NCBI GenBank assembly: GCA_965112155.1
Contig: OZ218098.1
Origin: Podarcis liolepis
Taxonomy: Eukaryota
Strand: one strand, 5' to 3'
DNA: 64,000 nt
The notes beneath the pieces are model-generated. The model was not told the origin of the DNA and did no database searches. It saw only the letters and a program-made list of their open reading frames with translations. Positions 24,683 to 36,072 of the stretch are shown here, in pieces. Every line of letters begins with the position of its first letter. The first letter of the stretch is position 1. Both the position numbers and the translations under genes were made by a program.

Positions 24683-26410
24683 ATTAGTCACCAAGAAAAC
24701 TGGAAATTCTCCCACTCGTTTCCAGTTCTTCCAAACAAGCAGCCTTTAAACCACAAAGAGGCACAAGTGGCTAGAGTTTGCCAGAACCTTCAGGGTGCCC
24801 TTTGTTCTGGCAGCCTGCTTGGGGACCTGAGGCCGCAACCTCAGGGAATGTGCCAAGTACCTTCTGGGTTGCCATGCATGGGTCATATGCTGTGTATGGC
24901 ATACGAGGCTGCATGCTGAAGAGGCCTATGGTAAGAGTTGTTCTTTCACATTAATGCTACATTCCGATATGATATGACTTGTAGGTCACAATATGCTTAA
25001 CTTCCTACATAAAAATTATTTCACTCCTAAGTTTCATCACTAGAAAATACTTGCAATTTTACACAGTGCCGCCATGTTGTTGTGAGAAGATCTCAGACAT
25101 GAGCACTGTTGCAGGACTAGTGGCTGAGATGCAATGTTGTGAGTTGTTCTGATGTGTAGTGGGTGATGCTGATAAGCCCCTGATTGTAGAGTGGCTGAAG
25201 GAATGCATATGAACAGGGTTAATCCTATCACCCATCATTACTTTCTAAGAAGGATTTGTAATAACAATGCTTCTTAAGGACCCAAGTTGAGGGAGAGATG
25301 GGAATGCAGAGAGAACATTTGTCCCACTCAGGCAGGTGTTTCTCATACACTTAGTAACTACCTCCCCAAAATGCTTAGTAGATTTGTAAACATACATGAG
25401 ATTTCAATGCACAATATACCGGTAAGTCCATCTTTTCCCTGAACTCAGGGACAGACCACCATTGACCTTACGTGATGCTGCCAGTGAATGCAAGATCAGG
25501 AATGGGGACAGACTGGCTCTGGGCACCATTATGTTTTGGGGAATAATATAGGGCACTGGCAAGCCAAAAGCTAGTTTAAACCAATTGATTCATGCAAATA
25601 GAGATGAAAATTCTGTCAGATAAAGCAAGATTGTCACTAGTTCATAGTGATCTGGGGAGCTGTGCAATGCTGTGAGACCCAAAATACCTCTCATCCCCCC
25701 TGCCCCACCTTCCAGTACATGTACTTTCTTCTCAGAAGAAGTCTGGTTATCACTGAACACAGAGCTAATCAGGGGAGCAAAACACCCGAGCCCCGGCCCA
25801 ATTTTCACTGCACCGTCAGGATCGGGAGTGGAGGGACTGCATTCCTCTGGAACACAGCCTTAATGGCTATAAAACAGGAGAGTGTGTCTGATTATTATTA
25901 TTTTTTAAAAAATCACAATGATGACAATGATGGACAGGTGCTTGAGTCAAACATGATACGCTAGTGCAATAGGGCCCAAAGTCACAATCTCCTTGATTCA
26001 GACACAATTCCAAGGACATTATCTGACCCCTCAGCTTATGTAGCTCTGGTCCTCTAGCCTGTGGACAGTAACTTCCTAATTTCAGCAGGAAAGGCAGAGA
26101 TCCTGCCTCCTTCTTAAAAGAAATATGCTGAGGTAGGGAAACCAGTCATCTAACTTCAGTGAACAAGGTCCTCAAAAAGCAGCAGGCTGCGTTAGGCAGT
26201 GATTTTCTCCCTAACTAAAGAACACAAACCACATTGTGGCATCCTTCGTGCTGACCTCCACTGTGGCGCCATTAACAAAGCACCTAGGAAAGAATGCCAC
26301 CGTTCCCCATGCATCTTCCACAACTCTCACCTGCCCAGTGACCAGGTCCTCCACGTTTTATCCCATGACTCAAAGCATGGGATTGGCTATTTGGGCCCTT
26401 CTCTCCTACA

Positions 26411-27338
26411 CTAGAGGGCTGAGATCATGCAGTCCTCTTGTTTGGCAGGGCTGGTCATATTGCCAGTGGGAGTGGAAGTCCGGATTTTGTCAGTGGCCAG
26501 ACATTCCTGGCTACTCATGCCTGTAGGAGTGAGGTCCATAAGCTCTCCAGAAGAACTCAGAGGGAAAGAAGGGGAAACTGATATGCCTGAGGAGGGATCT
26601 GTTGAGCCCGCAAATAACCTGGGGGGCTTTGGGACTAAGTTGGGCTCATACTGTGCTCTTAGCAGGATCTCCTGATCACTGACAGACTTGGGCATCTCAG
26701 CAAAATCACTAGTGCTGTCCGATACCATCATGCAGTAGATGTCCTGGAAGGAGCTGCTTTTGCTGTCCAGATTAAAGAGGCTGTCTATAAACTCGGCAAA
26801 CTCCAACACTTGCGGACTGGGGTCATCACTGAGCCTCCCGTTCTGGAGGGTCAGTTCCTCCTGAGCAGTGAAGGAAACGTGGTCTGCATCGCTGCCAGCA
26901 CCGCCGTCACTGCCACGCCGCTGAGGAGTGGTGTCTCCACTGTTGTGCAGGGCCTCAGGAGGCTGAGTCTCCTGGGAGTGTTTGGAGAGGCTGTCAGCAG
27001 CAAGCAGCTCTGTCCGTGAGCTGAGGGAGGGGTTTTCCTCAGGGATTGCTGGGTCGATATAAAAACAGTGAGTCTCATCTTTCTCCATGACTGCATGGAG
27101 GCTGGGTGAGCCACGGATGCTACGAAAACCGGAGGAACGCCTTGAATCAAAGCTGTAGATGGATTCATTATCCGACAGGCTCTCCATTGTAGCAAGAGGA
27201 GCACGCCGGTCCTGCAGTTCAACAGACAGGCGTTCCTTGGTATCTAGAAGCAGCAGCTCCACAGGATCCTTCTGTACTGGAGATAGAAGCTTGGTCTCAT
27301 AAAACCCTTCCAAACTGATTTCAGAGTGAGCCTTACTC
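26411..27338 (-). CDS. DAGLA: DAGLA exon 20, coding part (928 nt including TAG): regulatory C-terminal tail with the Homer-binding PPxxF motif (PPRLF, 26612-26626)
   Basis: ORF 26411..27313 extended to the acceptor ttgcag at 27339. Contains ESIYSFDSRRSSGFRSIRGSPSLHAV and VLEFAEFIDSLFNLDSKSSSFQD. Confidence 0.97.
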
Positions 27339-27547
27339 CTGCAAAAGGAGAAGACAAAAATATGAGACTAATACAAGGCTACGCTATGATCTCTTGGAAC
27401 AAGCCACAGAACACCGCAGATACAACTCCTCATTTATGACATCACGATATCCACCAACACCACAGCAGTTATCACATAGCAGGAAGGAATACGTCCATCA
27501 GGGGTCTTTAGTAGATCTTTCTAGAAAAATCAGAGCCACATCCTTAC

Positions 27548-27726
27548 TTAGTGCTGCTGTTCCTTCTGTCCACTACTATGTCTCCAATTCCAATCTGCAC
27601 AGAAGGCCTAGGCAGAGGCTGATTCTGGAAGATTAACTCCGGGTTGAGGTCCACTTCTGTAGGACTCACCATCACTTTGGCTGCAGAAAGCAAGGCTGTT
27701 TTGCCTTTGTTATAATTCTCCAGTAC
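27548..27726 (-). CDS. DAGLA: DAGLA exon 19 (179 nt): VLENYNKGKTALLSAAKVMVSPTEVDLNPELIFQ...RRNSSTK
   Basis: Within ORF 27544..27777. Acceptor gcacag, donor AA|gtaagg. Confidence 0.96.
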
Positions 27727-28058
27727 CTGTGCAAAATAAATTGGTAGAGAATAGTTTTCTTCAGTTATCATTTCCAACCTAACCTCACCTTGACTTTTAA
27801 CATAAAAGTCAAATGTCTCACAGCATGCCTAAAATGGATCGCAGCATCATGTTATATCAGTGCTTTTGATTTTCAACAATTTTTTTGTATGTATGCCTCA
27901 CATTTTGCTGGACTACATTTTGCGGGATACACAATCCCTTCATCATAATGTCCGTCCTTTTCTTCATCCGTGAATCAGTTTGTTCAGATGTTCAGCACAC
28001 ACTTTTTGGTTTGTCTTCTATCCCCTCTGGTACCTCCCCAAATAATGCCCATTATTAC

Positions 28059-28188
28059 CTTGTTAAGACCCTCCATGACCACATAAGGCAGGTGTTCGTG
28101 TAGCATTGCTGGGGAAATTATCACTTCATTAAATGCTTTGTTGTCTCCCCAAATGGCAAAGTATGTGGGTTCCTCCTGATCACAGCAG
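28059..28188 (-). CDS. DAGLA: DAGLA exon 18 (130 nt): CCDQEEPTYFAIWGDNKAFNEVIISPAMLHEHLPYVVMEGLNK (catalytic His region)
   Basis: Within ORF 27984..28310. Acceptor ccccag, donor AAG|gtaata. Confidence 0.97.
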
Positions 28189-29170
28189 CTGGGGGGAAAG
28201 TCAAGAAAGGCACAGTCATGGGAAAGCAAGCAAATTAGAGGGGGAAGGAATGATGACCCCAGAGAAAAAACACTGGGACATACAGTAGGGCTGGGTGTAG
28301 GGGACATCACTTTAAGGACCCAAATGAATAACAGAACACAAAGGCAGTTCTTTCAGGCCCATATTCTAAGACAGAAGCATTCATATCACATCTTGTCCTG
28401 CACAATTAACTGACATTATGAAATTAACAGAAGCAAACAAGACTCAAGCAGTTATCTCCTGTCATCCATCTCTATCCCCACTACAGTGCTCCTCTACTAA
28501 ATACCATTTCAGGCAGGAACTAAACTGCCAAGAGAATAAAGCCACAGACTTCTGCAGATACCTTGGTATCATGGCTATATTCCCAAGGTTAAAATGTCAT
28601 CAAGAGTACCTGGTTATTACATAATTTTGTCATTCTAATGCTCAGCTGCATTTCCCATTTTTTTATTCTATAGCTTGGAATGTTACATTCAGCAGACCAG
28701 GCAAAAAAAACTAGCTGCATGTAAATGCATACCTAGCGGTTTTTTAATATTAATAGTTTATCCTTGATGAAATACTCACTGACTGCAGTGAACTACCTGG
28801 CCTAACCTTTTGTTTAGTGAGTGTCTTCTCAGTTTGGGTCAATTAGTCTCCCACCCAGATGTAAACCATCCTTTGTTCCTGGGTGGCTTTGCTTTTTGGT
28901 TGGGGGGGGAGGTGACAGCTGAAGACCCCAGCAATTTCCACCGACCACGGCTGGTACTATGGGATAAATGCAGAGCACGTAAAACCAAACTGGAGTTCCC
29001 ATGGGGGAAATTTAATAATATCCATATGTGCTGCACTATCAGTAAAGTTGCCACCAAAATTACAATTTAGAAACTCTCAGAAAATAAGATCACCACCACC
29101 ACCACCCCACCCTAGCCACCAAGAAATCCCATCAAACAGTTTGCTGAATATTATTCCCAGCTCTACCCAC

Positions 29171-29367
29171 CAGCACTGTTCAGCAGGATGATTGTGAACA
29201 ACATGAATGATGCGCCCAGGAGGATAGAGTGGTGTGCTTGCTGACAGGGCGATGGTTAAGTCACTAGGATGGGTCCAGAGGCGGTGACTGGTTACTGAAT
29301 TCACTTCTTGCTCTTCAGGGAGCTCAGACTTGGGAATGCATTTTGTGGCACCCACAATGATTCTCCA
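29171..29367 (-). CDS. DAGLA: DAGLA exon 17 (197 nt): WRIIVGATKCIPKSELPEE...PLYPPGRIIHVVHNHPAEQC
   Basis: Overlaps ORF 29077..29355. Acceptor gacag, donor TG|gtgggt. Confidence 0.96.
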
Positions 29368-29634
29368 CTGTCCAAGAAAAGAGAAAGGAAAGGAGGACTC
29401 TGAAGTAATGCAATTAAGTGCAAGGCTGAAGTGCTGACATTATATCATGGTAACAAAGGGGAAAAGTTGAGAAAAGTTCACATTTGGGCTGATTGTTGTT
29501 GCTTTTTAAAAAAAATGCATTGTGTTCCCATTTGACACTCATACTCATAATGCAGAAAAGAAGGCAGCAATCACACTATGGACTAGATTCCTTGGTTTTT
29601 ATATTAACAATAATAAAAACATGGAAAAACACCC

Positions 29635-29644
29635 ATCTATCTAT

Positions 29645-29694
<50 letters not shown>

Positions 29695-29696
29695 CT
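29635..29696 (+). repeat. (TCTA)n tetranucleotide microsatellite
   Basis: Directly visible. Confidence 0.95.
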
Positions 29697-29893
29697 ATAA
29701 ATCACTGAGCATATCTGATTATGAGTTCATGCATTCAGAGAAGAAGCTAGAGTTCATCTCTAAGAAGCATCTGTCACCCAGGTTTCTACTTTGAGCAAGG
29801 ACAAGTAGCAATCTCATTTGAAGGAGAAAACTTCCAATTTTTAGGGGCAAGTAGTGATGTCATAAATCTGATCATTTGTGAGCCAACCAATTA

Positions 29894-30114
29894 CAGTTGT
29901 ACCTTGGAAGTTGAATGGAATCCGTTCCAGAAGTCCATTCGACTTCCAAAACATTCAAAAACCAAAGCACGGCTCCTGCAGCCAATCGGAAGCCCCATCA
30001 GATGTTTGGTTTCCAAAAGAATGTTTGAAACCCGGAACACTCACTTTTGGGTTTCAATCGTTCAGGAGCCAAAACATTCAAGAACTGGGTTGTTTGAAAA
30101 CCAAGGTATGACTG
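29894..30114. mobile_element. Tc1/mariner (Tigger-like) MITE, TA TSD
   Basis: ta|cagttgtaccttgg ... ccaaggtatgactg|ta. Confidence 0.8.
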
Positions 30115-30377
30115 TACTTTTTAGTTATAGTTCAAATTAGACGGAAGTTTGGGGTTATATTATTGTAAGAAAGAAAGGAGGGTAGTTGTCCAATAGGAAG
30201 TTATTAACATTTAGCAGGAAGTGTCTCAGGCAAACTCCCTCTTAGAACAGTGATTAAGACATGCAAAATCTACAGAATCTAAATATAGGGAAAATATGAT
30301 AGCCTAGTCTGGTGACTTTCCAGGCCTGACATCACACACAAACAGAACCACATTTGATCAAAAAGAATACTAATGTT

Positions 30378-30697
30378 AATATATAAAAGGATGTCACATA
30401 GAGGAGGGAGAAAGGTTGTTTTCTGCTGCTCCAGAGAAGTGGACACGGAGCAATGGATCCAAACTACAAGAAAGAAGATTCCACCTAAACATTAGGAAGA
30501 ACTTCCTGACAGTAAGAGCTGTTCGACAGTGGAATTTGCTGCCAAGGAGTGTGGTGGAGTCTCCTTCTTTGGAGGTCTTTAAGCAGAGGCTTGACAACCA
30601 TATGTCAGGAGTGCTCTGATGGTGATTCCTGCTTGGCAGGGGGTTGGACTCGATGGCCCTTGTGGTCTCTTCCAACTCTATGATTCTATGATTCTAT
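30378..30697 (+). mobile_element. CR1 LINE 3' end
   Basis: ORF 30416..30619 (RFHLNIRKNFLTVRAVRQWNLLPRSVVESPSLEVFKQRLD) is the CR1 ORF2 C-terminus. (ATTCTATG)n tail. Confidence 0.93.
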
Positions 30698-31180
30698 ATA
30701 GAACTGCATCTCTCTTTACCTCATCAGAATAGCACCGTTTCCTTTTAATTTTGGCTCCTTTCCCTGATAGTGAATTTAATTATTACCTTCTCTTGTCCTG
30801 CACACTGAGCTATCACAGTATCACACAACACACAAGAAGCAGTTACAGAGTTTGCTTGTGTGTTACTTTCCCAGAGTAAACTTTTAAAAATGTGTTATCA
30901 CTGCTATGCAAGTGTAACAGCCTTCAAAATACCTTGTCTTCTTAATGGCATATTAATGCAATTGAACAATTGTGGAATGGGCAAATGAGAAAAACGATAA
31001 TGGGAACTACCTTGAAAATAGATTCAACTAAGAATACCATCACCTTTTAACCCCGAGGGAATAGTCACAAGGGGATTAAGGCAGGCACATGTCAAACTAT
31101 GCCAATATGCCCCAACTGGCCAGAGGCTAAATTATCAGATTTCTAACTAATTACATTTCACTACAAATGGAATTCAAGTA

Positions 31181-31595
31181 CAGTGGTACCTCGCAAGACG
31201 AATGCCTCGCAAGACAAAAAACTCGCTAGACGAAAGGTTTTTCCGTTTTCGATTTGCCTCGCAAGACGAATTTCCCTATGGGCTTGTTTCGCAAGACGAA
31301 AACGTCTCGCGACTTTGTTTCCTTTGTCTAAAAACAAAGACATGTTTTGTTTATAAAGTTAATTTATTTTCCCTTCAATTTTTGAACTGCTCTTTACAGT
31401 ATGTGTGACTTTAAAGAGCAGTTAATAAACTGTTGTTGTACCAAATTTGGCTTTGTTTGGACTTTTTTTGACCATAGGAACGCATTAATTGATTTTCAAT
31501 GCATTCCTATGGGATTTCGTGATTCGCAAGACGAAAAATTCGCTAGACGACAAAACTTGCGGAACGAATTAATTTCGTCTTGCGGGGCACCACTG
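31181..31595. mobile_element. Tc1/mariner (Tigger-like) MITE with internal tcgcaagacgaa sub-repeats, TA TSD
   Basis: ta|cagtggtacctcgcaagacgaa ... ttcgtcttgcggggcaccactg|ta. Confidence 0.88.
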
Positions 31596-31883
31596 TAGTA
31601 ACAGGAAGCCCCTCTCTCATTTGAGACAGTTTTTAACAAGAAGGTAAGAGGCTACATTAATCTCTGGCTGTAGCCCAGGCAGATGCTATATGACAGATAC
31701 ACATGAAATTTACATTTAGACTGTGAATCTGCAGTAAGGCAGACAAGGTCTAATCTTAAAATAACTAGGATTAGGTTGCTTATGCCACTGCTGTTATCAT
31801 GAATTTATCATAGACCTGGGACAGCAGCCGATGAAACATGAAGTCCTAAACAAATAAAAGTGAAGCAGTAACCTTTTCAGCTA

Positions 31884-32127
31884 CACTCATACCTCATGTT
31901 ACGTTTGCTTCAGGTTGAGGGTTTTTAGGTTGCGTCCCACGGTGACTCGGAAGTACCAGAAAGGGTTACTTCCGGGTTTCGCCACTCGCGCATGTGCAGA
32001 CACGCAAAATAACATCACGCATATGCGCAGAAGCGGCAAATCGCGACCCGCAAACACAGGTTGCGTTCTGCTAATGTTGCGAACGGGCCTCCGGAATGGA
32101 TCCCATTTGCAACTAGAGGTACCACTG
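31884..32127. mobile_element. Tc1/mariner (Tigger-like) MITE, TA TSD
   Basis: ta|cactcatacctcatgtt ... aactagaggtaccactg|ta, with a CpG-rich interior. Confidence 0.78.
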
Positions 32128-32329
32128 TATTTTAAGAATGCACGTGACACAAATAATTTAATTTCAGATAGACTTGAAATCTTTCTTTATTATTTTACAT
32201 ATTAACCTGCCTAATTTTCATATCCTGCCTAATCTGGCTAACAGATTAAAACATCACAATGGAAATATATGGCAACCTCCATTTTAACATCAAAAGCCTA
32301 AAAACACAAGAGAGTCCAACTCTTCTTAC

Positions 32330-32402
32330 CTTTGGTTTGTTACTTCTCTGCAGAACATCAAGAAGCTGCCGGCGAAATCCCTCCAGTTGCGAGAGCCCAA
32401 TC
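32330..32402 (-). CDS. DAGLA: DAGLA exon 16 (73 nt): IGLSQLEGFRRQLLDVLQRSNKPK
   Basis: Manual translation. Acceptor cctcag, donor AAG|gtaaga. Confidence 0.96.
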
Positions 32403-33796
32403 CTGAGGGATAAAGAATATCAGATGCACTGATGCAGGTATAACTATTATGAGGAGCACATACAGGAAAGTAAAGAGAGATGGGATCAGAGTAGACTTAC
32501 CCACGGCTCAGTATAAGGCTATTTTATACAAATATACTGAAGACAATTCCTAACCCGTTAGAAAGATACGAGCAGATACATTACAGATAATCCAACGAGT
32601 AAGTGAATAATACAGTAGGCAAACTACTTAACTAAAACTATAGATAACAAAAAATATGACACAGGGGTGTGAGAAGTCAATACTCAAAAGGGAAGCAGGC
32701 TATCAAAATCCATTTAACCAAGATAATGATTCAGAGATTTTAGATGCCATATGACAGGTAAAACAAGCAAACTAGGAAGACGGAATAGAAGTGTGAAGTA
32801 CCACTATCCAGATAATCATAGATAAACAGGCGGGAGATGCTTCTACATAATGGGTACTGAACTTTTTTTCCATCTCAGGCAAAGAAAAGCAGGCAGCTTC
32901 CCACTCCAGCATGGAGAGACTGCAGTCTTCTCTGCCTCAGATGCGTGGAGGAGCATGATCTATATGAGGACAAAGGTACACTTGGATGATTCGTCCCTTT
33001 GCACCTTCCTCTCCACTGCCATCTCAATAAATTTGGTGATGGGAGGCATTTAGTGGAATAATAGTTGGGGCATCCATGCTAACCTCATGGAAGGGCTGCA
33101 TGCCACCCATGGGCCACAGATGTGTGCTAGGACAAAGAAAATGCAAAAGGATATGAGCTTTTAACATAAAAAAGAGCCAAGAACCTTATACACAATTGTG
33201 AGGTGGTGATAAATGAAAAAGCACACAGGTAAGCAAGAGATGATAATGCACATAAAACGATACACAGTACACAAGTGTAAGATGACACAGTTCACATACT
33301 ACAGAGATGCTAGGCAGGAGTGAGGTGACAACACGTATAGCTCAAGATACAGTGCAAAGATGGAAGATGACACGGAAGATATAGCCAGGAGACAATTCAC
33401 AGGTGTAAGATGGCTCAGAAGAGGTGACCTGGGAGAGAGCACAAATGTGTAAATGACAGCACAAATAACTAAGGAGATGGCAAATAAATGCCAGATGCCA
33501 CAATGAACATAATTGTGGAATCAGAATATTCACCTTTTTCAGTTATACAGGCAAACTGAGAGATAGGGGAGGGATATGCCAATACACAGGTATGCAATAC
33601 ATCAATGAATGAGTCCAGGTAAAAGACACAGCAATACAGGTAGCTAGGAAAAGAGGGACAAGCAAGACGGGGGTTGAAGATTGGTAAACAGGAAAATGAG
33701 ACAAATGTGAATTGGGATCTTTCAGAAAGGAAGCACGGAGCTTTGGTATAAAACTAAGAAATACTGAAACAAGAAATTTCAGACTTCTTGACTTGC

Positions 33797-33865
33797 CTGG
33801 GGACTAGGTCTTTGCCTAGCACAACTGCAGTAACAAACTCTTTGGAGTACTCCATTGCATCCTCA
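33797..33865 (-). CDS. DAGLA: DAGLA exon 15 (69 nt): EDAMEYSKEFVTAVVLGKDLVPR (catalytic Asp), ending in a non-canonical GC donor
   Basis: Manual translation. Acceptor ttctag, donor CAG|gcaagt. Confidence 0.95.
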
Positions 33866-34658
33866 CTAGAAGGGAAACAAGAAGGAACTGGTGGGATTTC
33901 ATTGTCAGAAAGAGACACTTAATATCCAATTAATTCTCTGAATCAGAAATGTCCGGTTTCCAAATTTATAAGGCTGGCACACTGCCTGTTCACTAAACCA
34001 ACCCCCCACCCCCACCCCCGGTACTATTCTAGAGATACAACTCTGAAATATACTCCAGTGTGGTAGCCCAAACGTGAACTGGATCATCAGAGTATTCTTC
34101 ATATGTTGTACTTCATATGGGCAAATCCAGAGTGCATTTGAGAAACACAGAAAGTGAAGAAACACTACATTGGCATCTGGATGGAAACCTTTTCATATAA
34201 TGAGAATGAGAGCAATACCAGAATGCCCACCACCAATATATAACTAAGCTAGCCCACATGAGCCTTAGTAGTAGAATGTGGTCTTAATTCCAAATAAGGA
34301 ACCCGCGCCCCAGATGTGTCACAAAGAAAAGAAACTATAGAAATCAATTTCTTTCAGGGTTAATTGACCTGTGATTCCCCATCCAAATACACTGATATGA
34401 TTTACATCACTACTGATGTATTGAACAACTGTGGCCACAGAGTCTGTCATCATAGGCATCCCTCTGGGCATTCAACAGAAGCAACTCCTATCTGTGACAG
34501 GGCACGTCAGAAGCTGACACCTGTTCTTAGCTTTCATTTTTTAAAAAAAAAATCATTAAACCTGAAGATGCGAGCCTGAAAATGCACAGAATAGGCTTGC
34601 TAAAATCTCAGATGCTATGGCTCCCCCTTCCCTTTATTTAATAAATACAAATACTTAC

Positions 34659-34801
34659 CTTAAGAGTCCACCTGGGGGAGAGTAGGCATAGCACTTTAGA
34701 GTTGGGTACTGAGGACGCAGCAGGAAGGACAGAATGGCAGCTGTGCCTGCCCCTAAGGAATGGCCCACAACAATTAGGCCATAGTGTTTTGTTCCTCTGC
34801 C
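34659..34801 (-). CDS. DAGLA: DAGLA exon 14 (143 nt) with the catalytic Ser motif GHSLG (Ser codon 34757-34759)
   Basis: Translates [48 protein letters not shown]. Acceptor ttgtag, donor AG|gtaagt. Confidence 0.98.
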
Positions 34802-35991
34802 CTACAAAACAAAAACAATTAGGTATTTGCATAATTTGGCAATTCTTATCAAATCCTTCCCCTTTTAGCTAAAATATAAGAGAGTCTAATGTGAATCTCA
34901 TCCCAGCCATAAACTCACTTAGGTGGCCTTAAGGCAAGCCACTCACAGATCCCTGCCCCAAATCTCCAATATGAGGAAAAAACCTTTGAGTATTACAGTA
35001 AGAGAATGTATGTAAGGCACTATAAATGCGCTCAATTATAGGATAAATATAAAAAGCAAATCTTGAGCTCCTAAGTAATTACAAAAGTCTGGAGCCACAG
35101 TCTAAAGAACAGCAGGATTAATTCTGAAAACAGACTGATGTGAAAGAAAGGCAAAAAGATTGCAGAGCACTCAAAGGTTGTGTGATCTATTTCTGAGTTG
35201 TGTCATTTTTACATATTTTACTTTTCATTCTGTTCTGCAATTTTAGAAGGCCCTCTCAAAACACATTATATATTTAAATACGTATTTAAGGACAACATCA
35301 AAATGTGTATTTTACATATGCTTGAACGGCTAAGGACTGTATCTCAGCATTAGAGAAGTGTTAAAATCCTGTGGAAAGCTAAATTCCAATTTGCACATTA
35401 GTCCAAGATGTGTGAAACGGATCATTTCATATATATTCACAATGACTGAAATCCTTACACATCCTTATAGTAGGCTAATTCTTCTTTGAGCACTTCCTGA
35501 AGAACATTTAGTATAGGCAACATACACATACTTTGCTGTCAAAAGAATTATAGATGTAATGATAGAGCACACATTGTAATTTGCTTTATAGAACAGATAG
35601 GTTAAGTTGTTCTTTATGTGTGCGCACATGTGTGCTAAATTACTTTATAATTTATTGCAAGACTCAAGCAAGTCATTAATGTGGAAACTGATTTTCAATT
35701 GAATTTTACCTGTTTTTAGCATCTTGGAATAAGGTGATTTTTCTGCCTTCCTTTCCATTTCCTAACTTTAGTGACTTATTTCCCCCCAACACTGTTTCCA
35801 GTAACTGTTCAACAGAACAGTAAATTATTCATCTGGTGGCCAAGGACACTGAACAGCTACAAATGTTATAAGTGTTCAGATGTTGACACTGTTTCTAGTA
35901 ATTCAGACATAATGTTCTATAGTTAACAGAGGAACGTGGGTGGAAATATGAACCTATCTCCTGACCACAATGCACAGAAGCAAAGCCTCAC

Positions 35992-36072
35992 CAAATCACG
36001 CCCAAAGGCCTGAGAGAGCACCATCTCCTGCTCTAGTTTCTTTTTGATGTACTCAGCAGACAGCACCATCCC
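35992..36072 (-). CDS. DAGLA: DAGLA exon 13 (81 nt): GMVLSAEYIKKKLEQEMVLSQAFGRDL
   Basis: Manual translation. Acceptor ttttag, donor gtgagg. Confidence 0.96.

Noticed and set aside
26405-26413. Stop-codon read-through of DAGLA
   Set aside because: Context TAG-TGT does not match the UGA-CUAG read-through motif.
26427-27222. Alternative-frame and antisense ORFs overlapping the last DAGLA exon
   Set aside because: Shadows of a real coding exon with no independent evidence.
31181-31595. Repeated tcgcaagacgaa motifs separated by unique sequence, superficially CRISPR-like
   Set aside because: Irregular spacing inside a TA-flanked TIR element in a vertebrate genome. These are MITE sub-terminal repeats.
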